Below are positions 55,897 through 64,000 of a stretch of 64,000 bases of DNA, piece after piece. Below the pieces are notes generated by a model that saw only the letters and a list, made by a program, of their open reading frames with translations, had not been told where the DNA came from and did not search any database. How positions within the stretch are numbered: position 1 is the stretch's first letter; each line of letters starts with the position of its first letter. The position numbers and the translations under genes were made by a program. Source of the DNA: an uncultured delta proteobacterium (GTDB lineage Bacteria; Myxococcota_A; Polyangia; Haliangiales; Haliangiaceae); assembly GCA_963743525.1 (NCBI GenBank), contig CAVUQH010000002.1:64001-128000 (forward strand), read 5' to 3'.

Positions 55897-56235
55897 ACAC
55901 CTTCGTAGCACGCGTTTTCCGGCCGCTCGGATCAGCCGCGGAGCGCCCCGCTGCGCCGAGAACTCGACCCGCCGAGACAAAATCCGACCCGCGCCGCGCA
56001 CCAACCGCGCACGTCGCAACCGAGCCGCGCTGCCGATCGATCGCGAGCGCGTTGTCGGTTTGCGCCGAAACCCGGTCAAGGCGCGATCGAAAGATATGAA
56101 AGAAAATTGAGCGACACGTTCCACCGCAAACGAGCTCCTCGCCGCGCGTGGTACGCGCTTCGACAGCGCCGAGCGCGGCGAGCGCGCTCCGCACGACCGG
56201 GAACCAGGTGCATCGATTCGCATGGCGCCGCGCCG

Positions 56236-56474
56236 GCGCCCGCGCCCGCGCCCGCGTCCGCACCCGCGTCCGCACCCGCGTCCGCACCGGCGCCCGCACC
56301 GGCGCCCGCGCCCGCGCCCGGCCCGCACCCGCGCCCGCGCCCGCGCCCGCGTCCGCACCCGCGCCCGCGCCCGCGCCCGCGTCCGCACCCGCGTCCGCAC
56401 CCGCGTCCGCACCCGCGCCCGCGCCCGCGTCCGCACCCGCGCCCGCACCCGCGCCCGCGCCCGCACCCGCGCCC
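56236..56474. repeat. Hexamer array (YCCGCR)n, left part
   Basis: CCCGCG/TCCGCA/CCCGCA units up to the IS left end. Confidence 0.93.
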
Positions 56475-56534
56475 TGGACTTGACCCGCTTTTGTGGACAC
56501 CGGATCCAGCCGACTTCGGCTAGAAAGGACCTAC

Positions 56535-56828
56535 GTGTCACGCAAGAGAAGGAAGTTTACGCCTGAGTTCAAACGCGACGTCGTTCGGCTCATCAAGGAG
56601 ACCGGGCGGTCGGTCGGCGAGGTGTGTCGGGAGATGGACCTGGCCGAGTCCGCGGTCCGCCGCTGGCTCGACAAGTTCGACCCCGCCGACGGAAACGACC
56701 CAGTCGGTGCCATCAACGATTCCGAGCGGACGGAGCTCACCCGACTCCGTCGCAGAGTGCGCGAGCTCGAGATGGAGCGCGAGATATTAAAAAAGGCGGC
56801 GGCCTTCTTCGCCAAGGAAAGTCAGTGA
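56535..56828 (+). CDS. IS3 transposase OrfA
   Basis: RRKFTPEFK, HTH, ELTRLRR...EILKKAAAFF. Confidence 0.92.
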   Translation: MSRKRRKFTPEFKRDVVRLIKETGRSVGEVCREMDLAESAVRRWLDKFDPADGNDPVGAINDSERTELTRLRRRVRELEMEREILKKAAAFFAKESQ

Positions 56829-57700
56829 GGTTTCGCTTCATTGACGCGGAGAAGGCAACGTTTCCGATTTCAGTGCTCTGCCGGGTGATGAGGGTCTCTC
56901 GAAGCGGCTACTACGCGTGGCGCTGTCGCCCACCCAGCCAGCGCGCCAGGCTCGACGCGCGTCTGGCCCAGCACATCGAGCGGTCCCACCGCGATAGCCG
57001 GGGCACCTACGGCAGCCCGCGCGTCTTGCGCGATCTGCGCGATGAGGGCCTCTATGTGAGCCGCAAGCGAGTGGCCCGCATCATGCGCCAGCTGGGCATC
57101 CAGGGGTGTCAGCCCCGGCGATACCGCACGACCACTGAGTCGAACCACGACCGGCCGGTGGCGCCGAACCACCTGGACCGGAACTTTGCAGCGACGGCGC
57201 CCAACCAGAAGTGGGCCACGGATATCACCTACGTGCGCACCTGGCGCGGCTGGCTCTACTGCGCGGTCGTTATCGATCTGTACTCACGGAGGGTCGTCGG
57301 CTGGGCCACCGCGCCTCATCTGCGGACCGAGCTCGTGCTCGATGCGCTGCACCGGGCCCTCGGCCGCCGGCTGCCAGGTACCGACCTCGTCCATCACTCC
57401 GACCGCGGCTGTCAGTACGCCAGCCGAGACTACCAGGCCACCCTGGCCGAACACGGCATCACCTGCAGCATGTCGCGCCGCGGAAACTGCTACGACAACG
57501 CCGTGGTCGAGAGCTTCTTCGCGACCCTCAAGAACGAGCTGCTGTACCGCCGCGCCTGGCCGACCCACGAGGAAGCGACGCTCGCCATCGCCGACTACAT
57601 CGAGCTTTTCTACAACAGCCGGCGCCGCCACTCGACGCTCGGCTACCAAAGTCCCCTCAGCTTCGAACTAACCGGAACGCAACAGCAAAAAGCAGCCTAG
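56825..57700 (+). CDS. IS3 transposase OrfB (DDE core)
   Basis: WATDITY, HHSDRGCQY, GNCYDNAVVESFF, YNSRRRHSTLG. Confidence 0.95.
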   Translation: MRFRFIDAEKATFPISVLCRVMRVSRSGYYAWRCRPPSQRARLDARLAQHIERSHRDSRGTYGSPRVLRDLRDEGLYVSRKRVARIMRQLGIQGCQPRRYRTTTESNHDRPVAPNHLDRNFAATAPNQKWATDITYVRTWRGWLYCAVVIDLYSRRVVGWATAPHLRTELVLDALHRALGRRLPGTDLVHHSDRGCQYASRDYQATLAEHGITCSMSRRGNCYDNAVVESFFATLKNELLYRRAWPTHEEATLAIADYIELFYNSRRRHSTLGYQSPLSFELTGTQQQKAA

Positions 57701-57731
57701 AGAACCTGTCCACGAAACCGGGGCAAGATCA

Positions 57732-58125
<394 letters not shown>

Positions 58126-58180
58126 ACACGCCGCGCCCCTGCCGACCACGATCACCACGCCCCCCCGGGCCCAACCCTCC

Positions 58181-58233
58181 GGCCGCTCGGGGTGGGGTCC
58201 TCGCCCAAAGCCGGGACCCCACCCCGAGCGGCC
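58181..58233. repeat. Perfect 20-bp-stem hairpin (REP-like)
   Basis: GGCCGCTCGGGGTGGGGTCC, 13-nt loop, GGACCCCACCCCGAGCGGCC. Confidence 0.85.
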
Positions 58234-58392
58234 CATGGGCACCCGGCCCATGGGCACCCGGCCCGCCAACCACGCCGCCAACCACGCCACCCCTGCCACC
58301 CCCGACACCCGGTGTCACCGCCGGCATGCCATCCGTGGCACCCCAACTCGCGATGTCCCGCGATGTCGCGCACTTGCGCACACCGCTGGCCG

Positions 58393-58408
58393 TGGCACGC
58401 CCCCTGCT
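58393..58408 (+). promoter_or_regulatory. Putative sigma54 promoter
   Basis: TGGCACG-CCCC-CTGCT, upstream of AGGAG and ATG 58465. Confidence 0.65.
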
Positions 58409-58464
58409 CATGGGACCGGCGACGGCGACGAGCCGCCACCACCAACCAGGCAGGAGAACGACCC

Positions 58465-59067
58465 ATGACGACCAACCATTCCAAGACCCTGATCCTCGCG
58501 CTCACCCTCACCCTCGGCGCCGCCGCCGGCTGCAAGAACAAAGACGACGGCGGCGAGAAGGCCACAGCCGCCAAGGCAGTCGCGGCCGCGCCGGTCAACG
58601 TCGGCGCCATCAACAGCGCCGTGCCCGCCAGCGTGCCCGGGCTGAGCTTCACCACCGCGACGCTGGCCGACGACGGCATCGAAGCCGTCGTCCCCGCCGG
58701 CTGGGAAGACAGCAAGGTCATCCCCGGCCGCTACAAGCCGGCCGACAACAGCGACCTCGGCTTCTTCACCGCCTACGCCGTCGGCTCCAACTGCGACGGC
58801 GCGTGCCAGCCCAAGGAGTGGAAGCCAATCGTCAACAAGGTCGAATTCGGCCGCCTCGGCGACGCCACCATCGTCAAAGACGAGACGCTGCCCAACGGCC
58901 GCATCGTCATCGCCAAGAGCGACGACCGCACCGAGGTGATCGCCGCGTGGTGGAAGCAAGGCGCCAGCCACTACGCCTTCTGCCGCGCGACCCTCGACGG
59001 AAAGACCGCCGACGCGGTGGACGCCTTCGAGAAGGCCTGCCGCGCGACCCGCGTCACCAACTGGTGA
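58465..59067 (+). CDS. Hypothetical lipoprotein
   Basis: AGGAG RBS, lipobox AAGC, CDGAC motif. Confidence 0.75.
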   Translation: MTTNHSKTLILALTLTLGAAAGCKNKDDGGEKATAAKAVAAAPVNVGAINSAVPASVPGLSFTTATLADDGIEAVVPAGWEDSKVIPGRYKPADNSDLGFFTAYAVGSNCDGACQPKEWKPIVNKVEFGRLGDATIVKDETLPNGRIVIAKSDDRTEVIAAWWKQGASHYAFCRATLDGKTADAVDAFEKACRATRVTNW

Positions 59068-59125
59068 CCCCCTGGCCCCCAAGCAACAAGCAAACCCCAG
59101 ACCCCAGACTGTAGGAGAAACTCAA

Positions 59126-59389
59126 ATGCGTACTCTGTTCCTTTCGTTCGCTCTCGCTACCACCATCCTCACCGGCGCCGCGTGCGGCGGCTCCGACGGC
59201 CCCTCGTGCGACAAGGTCGCCGACCACTTCAACGACATCGCCCCCGACGCGCTCAAGGGCAACCAGAAGGCGATGGTCAACAAGTGCAAGCAGAAGATGA
59301 CCGCCGACGACCGCAAGTGCGCCATGGCGGCCAAGGACATGAAAGACCTGCAGGCCTGCGCCATGAAGTCCAAGGGCAAGAAGAGCTAG
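59126..59389 (+). CDS. Small Cys/Lys-rich lipoprotein
   Basis: AGGAG RBS, lipobox GAAC, four further Cys. Confidence 0.75.
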   Translation: MRTLFLSFALATTILTGAACGGSDGPSCDKVADHFNDIAPDALKGNQKAMVNKCKQKMTADDRKCAMAAKDMKDLQACAMKSKGKKS

Positions 59390-59506
59390 GCCGCCAACCC
59401 AATGAAAAGGCTCCTGCCTGGGGCCAACCGGACGCCGCTCCGCGCTCACGCGCCGGGCGGCGTCCACCTTTTCGGTTGACGGGGCGGCCGCCAACCCGCT
59501 AATAAC

Positions 59507-59534
59507 GTATGCGAATGAACGTTCATTCGCATAC
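59507..59534. promoter_or_regulatory. Perfect 28-bp palindrome, probable TetR operator
   Basis: GTATGCGAATGAACGTTCATTCGCATAC over the tetR start. TTGACG at 59476 and TAATAA at 59500 upstream. Confidence 0.75.
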
Positions 59535-60117
59535 CAGCCCGGACGACCGCCGCGAAGCAATCCTGGCCGCCGCCCTGGAGCTGTTCGTCAACAGCGGCTT
59601 CGACGGCACCAGCGTTCCAGCCGTGGCCAAGGCCGCCGGCGTCGCCACCGGCACCATCTACCGCCACTTCGCCAGCAAGGAGGCGCTGGTCAACGCCCTC
59701 TACCGGCGGTGGAAGCAACGCCTCATGCAAGCGCTGACCGACGGCTTCGATCCGTCGCTGCCGCCGCGCGAGCTGTTCCGCGACTTCTTCCACCGCCTCG
59801 CCGGCTTCGCCGCGCGCGAGCCGCGCGCCCTGGCCTTCCTCGAGCTCCACCACCACCAGCCGTACCTCGACGCCGACAGCCGCGCGCTCGAGCTCGACAG
59901 CCTGGCGCCGATCCACGCGCTGGTGCAGTCGGCCCAGCGCGCCGGCGCCGTGCGCGACACCCCGGCCGAGGCGCTGATGGCGATGGTCTGGGGCGCGTTC
60001 GTCGGTCTGTTCAAGGCCGACCGCGACGGCCACCTGGAGATGTCCCCCACCGTCCTCGACGCCATCGAGGACAGCCTGTGGAACGCAGTCAAACGCCCGC
60101 AAGGAGAACCGTCGTGA
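59509..60117 (+). CDS. TetR/AcrR family regulator
   Basis: AILAAALELF...GFDGTSV..VAKAAGVATGTIYRHFASKEAL. Confidence 0.93.
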   Translation: MRMNVHSHTSPDDRREAILAAALELFVNSGFDGTSVPAVAKAAGVATGTIYRHFASKEALVNALYRRWKQRLMQALTDGFDPSLPPRELFRDFFHRLAGFAAREPRALAFLELHHHQPYLDADSRALELDSLAPIHALVQSAQRAGAVRDTPAEALMAMVWGAFVGLFKADRDGHLEMSPTVLDAIEDSLWNAVKRPQGEPS

Positions 60118-60659
60118 GCACCCATGTCGCAGCAGCCACCCCCGCCCCTGCCGAGCGTCCGCGCACGCTGACCCTCGACGACCTCGCCGCCATGTCGGTG
60201 GACGAGCTCACCGCCCTGTACCAGGGCGGCCGCGTCCCCGACGACCTTCACGTCCTCGACGGCGACCCGACCTGCCGGATGCTGACCGTGGTCGGCCCGG
60301 TCGGCCGCGGCGCCGTCGCCGGTGCGGTGCGCGGCTTCGCCCGCAGCCGCGCCTTCCCCTGGGCGGGCAAGCGGTTCGCCGCCGACGCCGCCGACCGCGG
60401 TCGCGGCATCAACCGCCTGCGCCTGGCCGGCGAGCGACCGGCCTTCCCGTTCGACACGTCGATTCAGCCGTCGGCCATCGACGGCGCGCCGTGCATCGTC
60501 CTCGACTACGACAAGCCGGAGAACCCGTGGTTCATCCGCCAGGTCCACGACGAGCTGCGCGAGGTCGACCCCGGCCTGTTCCTCGGCCCGGCCATGTGGA
60601 AGACCAAAGCCGACCCGGCGCTGGTGCTCTACTTCGCCTGCGACCACGGCGCGCGATGA
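60114..60659 (+). CDS. Conserved hypothetical protein
   Basis: Coupled to tetR by a GTGA overlap. FPWAGKRF...GIN...LDYDKPENPW...DELREV...FLG. Confidence 0.7.
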   Translation: MSTHVAAATPAPAERPRTLTLDDLAAMSVDELTALYQGGRVPDDLHVLDGDPTCRMLTVVGPVGRGAVAGAVRGFARSRAFPWAGKRFAADAADRGRGINRLRLAGERPAFPFDTSIQPSAIDGAPCIVLDYDKPENPWFIRQVHDELREVDPGLFLGPAMWKTKADPALVLYFACDHGAR

Positions 60660-61705
60660 AAGCGCTGGTGACCGGCGCCGCCGGGTTCATCGGCTCGCAC
60701 GTGGCGCGATCGCTGTGCGCGGCCGGCCACGACGTGCGTGCCGGTCACCTGCCCGGTGAGGATCTGCGCAACCTCGCCGGGCTCGCGCTCGAGCGCGTGG
60801 TCTGCGACGTCACCGATGCCGGCGCGGTCGCCCGGGCCGTGGACGGGGTCGACGTGGTCTTTCACCTGGCCGCCATCTACGCGCTGTGGTTGCCGCAGCC
60901 GCAGCGGATGCTCGACGTCAACGTCGGCGGCACGCGCACCGTGCTCGCGGCCGCCGAGCGGGCGGGTGCGCGGGTGGTCTACACCAGCTCGATCGCCGTC
61001 TTCGGCGGTCAGGGCCCCGGCGTCAACGCCACCGAGGACAGTCCCTTCGCCCTCGGCGCGACCGGCGACGTCTACTCGTACAGCAAATATGTCGCCCACC
61101 GGGTAGCCGTCGCGGCCGCCGACCGCGGCCAGGACGTCACCATCGTCGCGCCGTGCGGGCCCATCGGCCCGGGCGACGTGGGACCGACGCCGACCGGGCG
61201 ATTGCTGCTGGCGGCGCTGACCATGCCCGCGGTGGTGGTGATGCCGACCGAGACCTGCTTTGCCGACGTCCGCGACATGGCGGCCGCGCATCTGGCCGCG
61301 GCCGATCGCGGCGCACGTGGTCGCTCGTACCTGCTGGGCGCGCACAACCTGCCCTTGCCGGAGTTGGCGAGTCGCACGCTGGCGGTGGCCGGGCTGCGCA
61401 AGCCGGTCTGGTCACTGCCGCGACCGCTGGTCGGCGCCGGCGCCCGCGCGCTGGTCGGCGTCGCGCGAGTGACCGGCCGGGCGCCGCTGGTCACACCCGC
61501 GGCGGTACGCATCGCGCGGCTGGGGCTGCGCGCCAACTGCCAGCGGGCGGCGCGCGAGCTGGGGCTGCGCGTCCGCCCCATCGAAGACAGCCTGCGCGAC
61601 GCGGTCACCTGGTTCCGCGACAACGGCTACGCGCCGCGGGCCAACGGTCACAACCGCAGGCCGATGTCGTCGCCCGGCTCGAGCACCATGTCGGCGATCA
61701 CCTGA
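60656..61705 (+). CDS. NAD-dependent epimerase/dehydratase (HpnA/DFR-like)
   Basis: VTGAAGFIG, FHLAA, YTSS, YSYSK, GPGDVGPTPTG. Confidence 0.88.
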   Translation: MKALVTGAAGFIGSHVARSLCAAGHDVRAGHLPGEDLRNLAGLALERVVCDVTDAGAVARAVDGVDVVFHLAAIYALWLPQPQRMLDVNVGGTRTVLAAAERAGARVVYTSSIAVFGGQGPGVNATEDSPFALGATGDVYSYSKYVAHRVAVAAADRGQDVTIVAPCGPIGPGDVGPTPTGRLLLAALTMPAVVVMPTETCFADVRDMAAAHLAAADRGARGRSYLLGAHNLPLPELASRTLAVAGLRKPVWSLPRPLVGAGARALVGVARVTGRAPLVTPAAVRIARLGLRANCQRAARELGLRVRPIEDSLRDAVTWFRDNGYAPRANGHNRRPMSSPGSSTMSAIT

Positions 61706-62601
61706 CCGCCGACGCGGCCCGCCGCCCACGCCATGCTCGGCGAGTTGTGCGCGGCGGCGACGCGGCCGTCGCGATCGCAGCAGATGATGCCGCCCTCGCC
61801 GCCCACGCGCCGCGACAGCTCGTGCACCGACGCCCAGGCGGCGGCGTTGGCGGTGCCGCCGGCGCGCATGGCGTCGACGCAGACGCGGGTCATGGTCACG
61901 CGGATGATGCTCTCGCCGTGACCGGTGGCGGAGGCCGCGCCGCCCTCGTCGTCGGCGTAGGTGCCGCAGCCGCACAGCGGCGTGTCGCCGACCCGACCGA
62001 CGCGCTTGTAGGTGATGCCGCCGGTCAACGTCGCCGCAGCCACGTGCCCACTGGCGTCCACGGCGCAGGCGCCGACGGTGCCCGGGTCTTCCGGGTCGGT
62101 CACCGGAGCCACCGGTCCGCGGGCGCGCTTCTCCTGCTCCAGGGCGAACCGCTCGCGGGCCCGCTCGCTGATCATCTCGTCGGGATTGCACGGCGTGAAG
62201 CCCAGCTCGCGGCCGAACGCCCACGCCGCCTCGCCGCACATCAGAGCGTGCTCGCCGTCGTCCATCACCGCGCGGGCGAAGTCGATCGGCCGGCGGGCAT
62301 TGGCCACCGCGCCGATGGCGCCGAAGCGCAGGTCGCGACCGTCCATCACCGCGGCGTCAACCTCGATGGTGCCGGCCCGCGACAGCACCGCGCCGACGCC
62401 GGCGTTGAAGGTCGGGTCGTCCTCGAGCACGCGCACGGCGGCGCAGGAGGCATCGACCGCGCTGCCGCCGGCGGCGAGCACCGCCAGGCCGGCCTCGGTC
62501 GCGGCGCGACAGCCGGCGCGGGCAGCCTCCCAGCGGTCGGGCGAGAAGCGCCCGGCCCCGCCGTGAACGACCAGGATGGGGGTGAGCTCGCGCCGGGACA
62601 T
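61648..62601 (-). CDS. iaaA: Isoaspartyl peptidase / L-asparaginase (Ntn hydrolase)
   Basis: VVHGGAG, LEDDPTFNAG, GTVGACAVD, GRVGDTP, SATGHGE. Confidence 0.9.
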   Translation of the reverse strand: MSRRELTPILVVHGGAGRFSPDRWEAARAGCRAATEAGLAVLAAGGSAVDASCAAVRVLEDDPTFNAGVGAVLSRAGTIEVDAAVMDGRDLRFGAIGAVANARRPIDFARAVMDDGEHALMCGEAAWAFGRELGFTPCNPDEMISERARERFALEQEKRARGPVAPVTDPEDPGTVGACAVDASGHVAAATLTGGITYKRVGRVGDTPLCGCGTYADDEGGAASATGHGESIIRVTMTRVCVDAMRAGGTANAAAWASVHELSRRVGGEGGIICCDRDGRVAAAHNSPSMAWAAGRVGGQVIADMVLEPGDDIGLRL

Positions 62602-62761
62602 GAGCTGTCGATAGCACCAACGGCGTGGCTCCATCTAGTGGAGATGACTCGAATCGGCGCTGCGCAACTCCAGTGCGCCGCCGATTCCATCCTTGACCGT
62701 GCAGAGACCCGCCGGTAGAAGGGATGCGACTTCCCCCACCCGCCGGGACGAAGCCTCCGTC

Positions 62762-64000
62762 ATGCGGATCTGGACAGTCTTTGCGCTGGGTGCCCTGTTG
62801 CTGGTGAGCGGCTGTGCAGACGGCGGCCACAACGCCTGCAAGGACGGCATCGACAACGATGGCGACGGGCTGATCGACGGCGCCGATCCGGCATGCGCCG
62901 CCGGCGTCGGCGCCGAGAGCCCGGATCCGGTGACCGCGCAGTGCGACGACGGCGTCAACAACGACGGCGACGGGCTGATCGACTTCCCCGAGGATCCCGG
63001 CTGCAGCGACGCGGCCGACGACGACGAGTACAACCCCGGGGTGCCGGCGTGCAGCGACGGCATCGACAACGACGGCGACGGGTTGATCGACTACCCGGTC
63101 GACCCCGGCTGCTTCCTCGCCTCGGAGAACGACGAGACCGACGACTGCCCCAACGGCGCCAACTGTCCCGCGTGTGCCAACGGCGTCGATGACGACGGCG
63201 ACGGACTGATCGACTTCGGCATCGGCGCCGCCAACGATCCCGGCTGCGATCGCGCCGCCGACGACGACGAGTTCGATGCCACCGCGGGCGCCTGCGGGTC
63301 GACGCCGGTGCGGACGCTGCCCGCCGACGGCATCGCCAGCGGCCGCTTCATCTCCGACCAGGGGACCAGCCGACTGATCTCGCCCGACTGCGGCGGCACC
63401 GGCCCGGAGGTGGTCTACGGCGTCGACCTGACCCGCCGGACCGCGCTGCTGGTCAGCACCGACTACCCGGCGACCACCGCCGACACGGTGGTCTACGTGC
63501 GCTCGGACTGCGAGGATTCCGCCACCGAGGTCGCGTGCGACGACGACCACGGCAGCGCCCTGGCCTCGAGCCTCGAGGTCGTGGTCAACCCGGGCGTCTA
63601 CTACATCGTGGTCAACGCCCACGACCACACCGTCGACGGCGCCTTCGAGCTGCACGTCGACGAGCGCATCCCCCAGGGCGACGACTGCGACCCCGCTGAC
63701 CCGCGCTGCGCCCCCGACCTGGTCTGCCGCCTGGCCGACGGCAGCGCGACCAGCGAGACCTGCGAACCGCCGCAGTGCAACGACGGCGTCGACGACGACG
63801 GCGACGGCGTCACCGATTTCCCCGACGACCCCGGCTGTAGCGACGCCAGCGACAACGACGAGTCCACCGACGACTGCGCGCTGTGCGCCACCACCGGCTG
63901 CAGCGCCTGCCCGGCGTGCAGCAACGGCGCCGACGACGACGGTGACGGCGCCGTCGATTACCCGGACGACCCCGGCTGCGCGGCGGCCTCCGGCGCCACC
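62762..64000 (+). CDS. Cys/Asp-rich repeat lipoprotein (CxDGxDNDGDGLID...DPGC repeats), runs off window
   Basis: Manual translation MRIWTVFALGALLLVSGC..., repeated CSDGIDNDGDGLIDYP.DPGC, PPC-like domain (DTVVYVR...CDDD...PGVYYIVV). Confidence 0.82.
   Translation, partial: MRIWTVFALGALLLVSGCADGGHNACKDGIDNDGDGLIDGADPACAAGVGAESPDPVTAQCDDGVNNDGDGLIDFPEDPGCSDAADDDEYNPGVPACSDGIDNDGDGLIDYPVDPGCFLASENDETDDCPNGANCPACANGVDDDGDGLIDFGIGAANDPGCDRAADDDEFDATAGACGSTPVRTLPADGIASGRFISDQGTSRLISPDCGGTGPEVVYGVDLTRRTALLVSTDYPATTADTVVYVRSDCEDSATEVACDDDHGSALASSLEVVVNPGVYYIVVNAHDHTVDGAFELHVDERIPQGDDCDPADPRCAPDLVCRLADGSATSETCEPPQCNDGVDDDGDGVTDFPDDPGCSDASDNDESTDDCALCATTGCSACPACSNGADDDGDGAVDYPDDPGCAAASGAT

Larger units (their letters stand above)
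56475..57731 (+). mobile_element. IS3-family insertion sequence (~1257 bp)
   Basis: TG...CA ends with 20/25 imperfect IRs (TGGACTTGACCCGCTTTTGTGGACA / TGATCTTGCCCCGGTTTCGTGGACA). OrfA and OrfB with an A6G slippery site at 56789-56795. Confidence 0.95.

Noticed and set aside
62762..64000. Nucleotide repeats at the window end as a DNA repeat element
   Set aside because: Explained by coding Cys/Asp-rich protein repeats.

Overview
Very GC-rich bacterial chromosomal DNA, most likely Myxococcota. This inference rests on MYXO-CTERM-like proteases, six Hanks-type Ser/Thr kinases or pseudokinases, a myxobacterial-type ECF sigma factor and many Cys-rich lipoproteins. Housekeeping content: alr (partial), a Crp-family regulator, thiS-thiG-thiE, a KtrAB-type K+ transporter, tRNA-Thr(CGT), PP2C, EAL, HIT, Usp, an Lpd-like flavoprotein, a TetR operon and an isoaspartyl peptidase. 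Mobile/repeat content: an IS3-family element inserted in a ~640-bp hexamer array beside an HNH endonuclease gene, and a REP-like long palindrome at the end of thiE. Best candidates for unusual systems: (i) a sigma54-type operon pairing a lipoprotein C39 peptidase with a secreted double-glycine precursor; (ii) an orphan eCIS-type (Afp15/Pvc15-like) AAA ATPase followed by a GxSxG lipase lacking a signal peptide; (iii) a pentaheme cytochrome + DUF4266 + DUF3570 cassette. Motif-specific changes (GTCGAC->GTCAAC, GATC->GAATC) suggest methylation-linked consensus errors, so the two frameshifts may be artefacts. All family calls are by-eye motif recognition; no searches were run.
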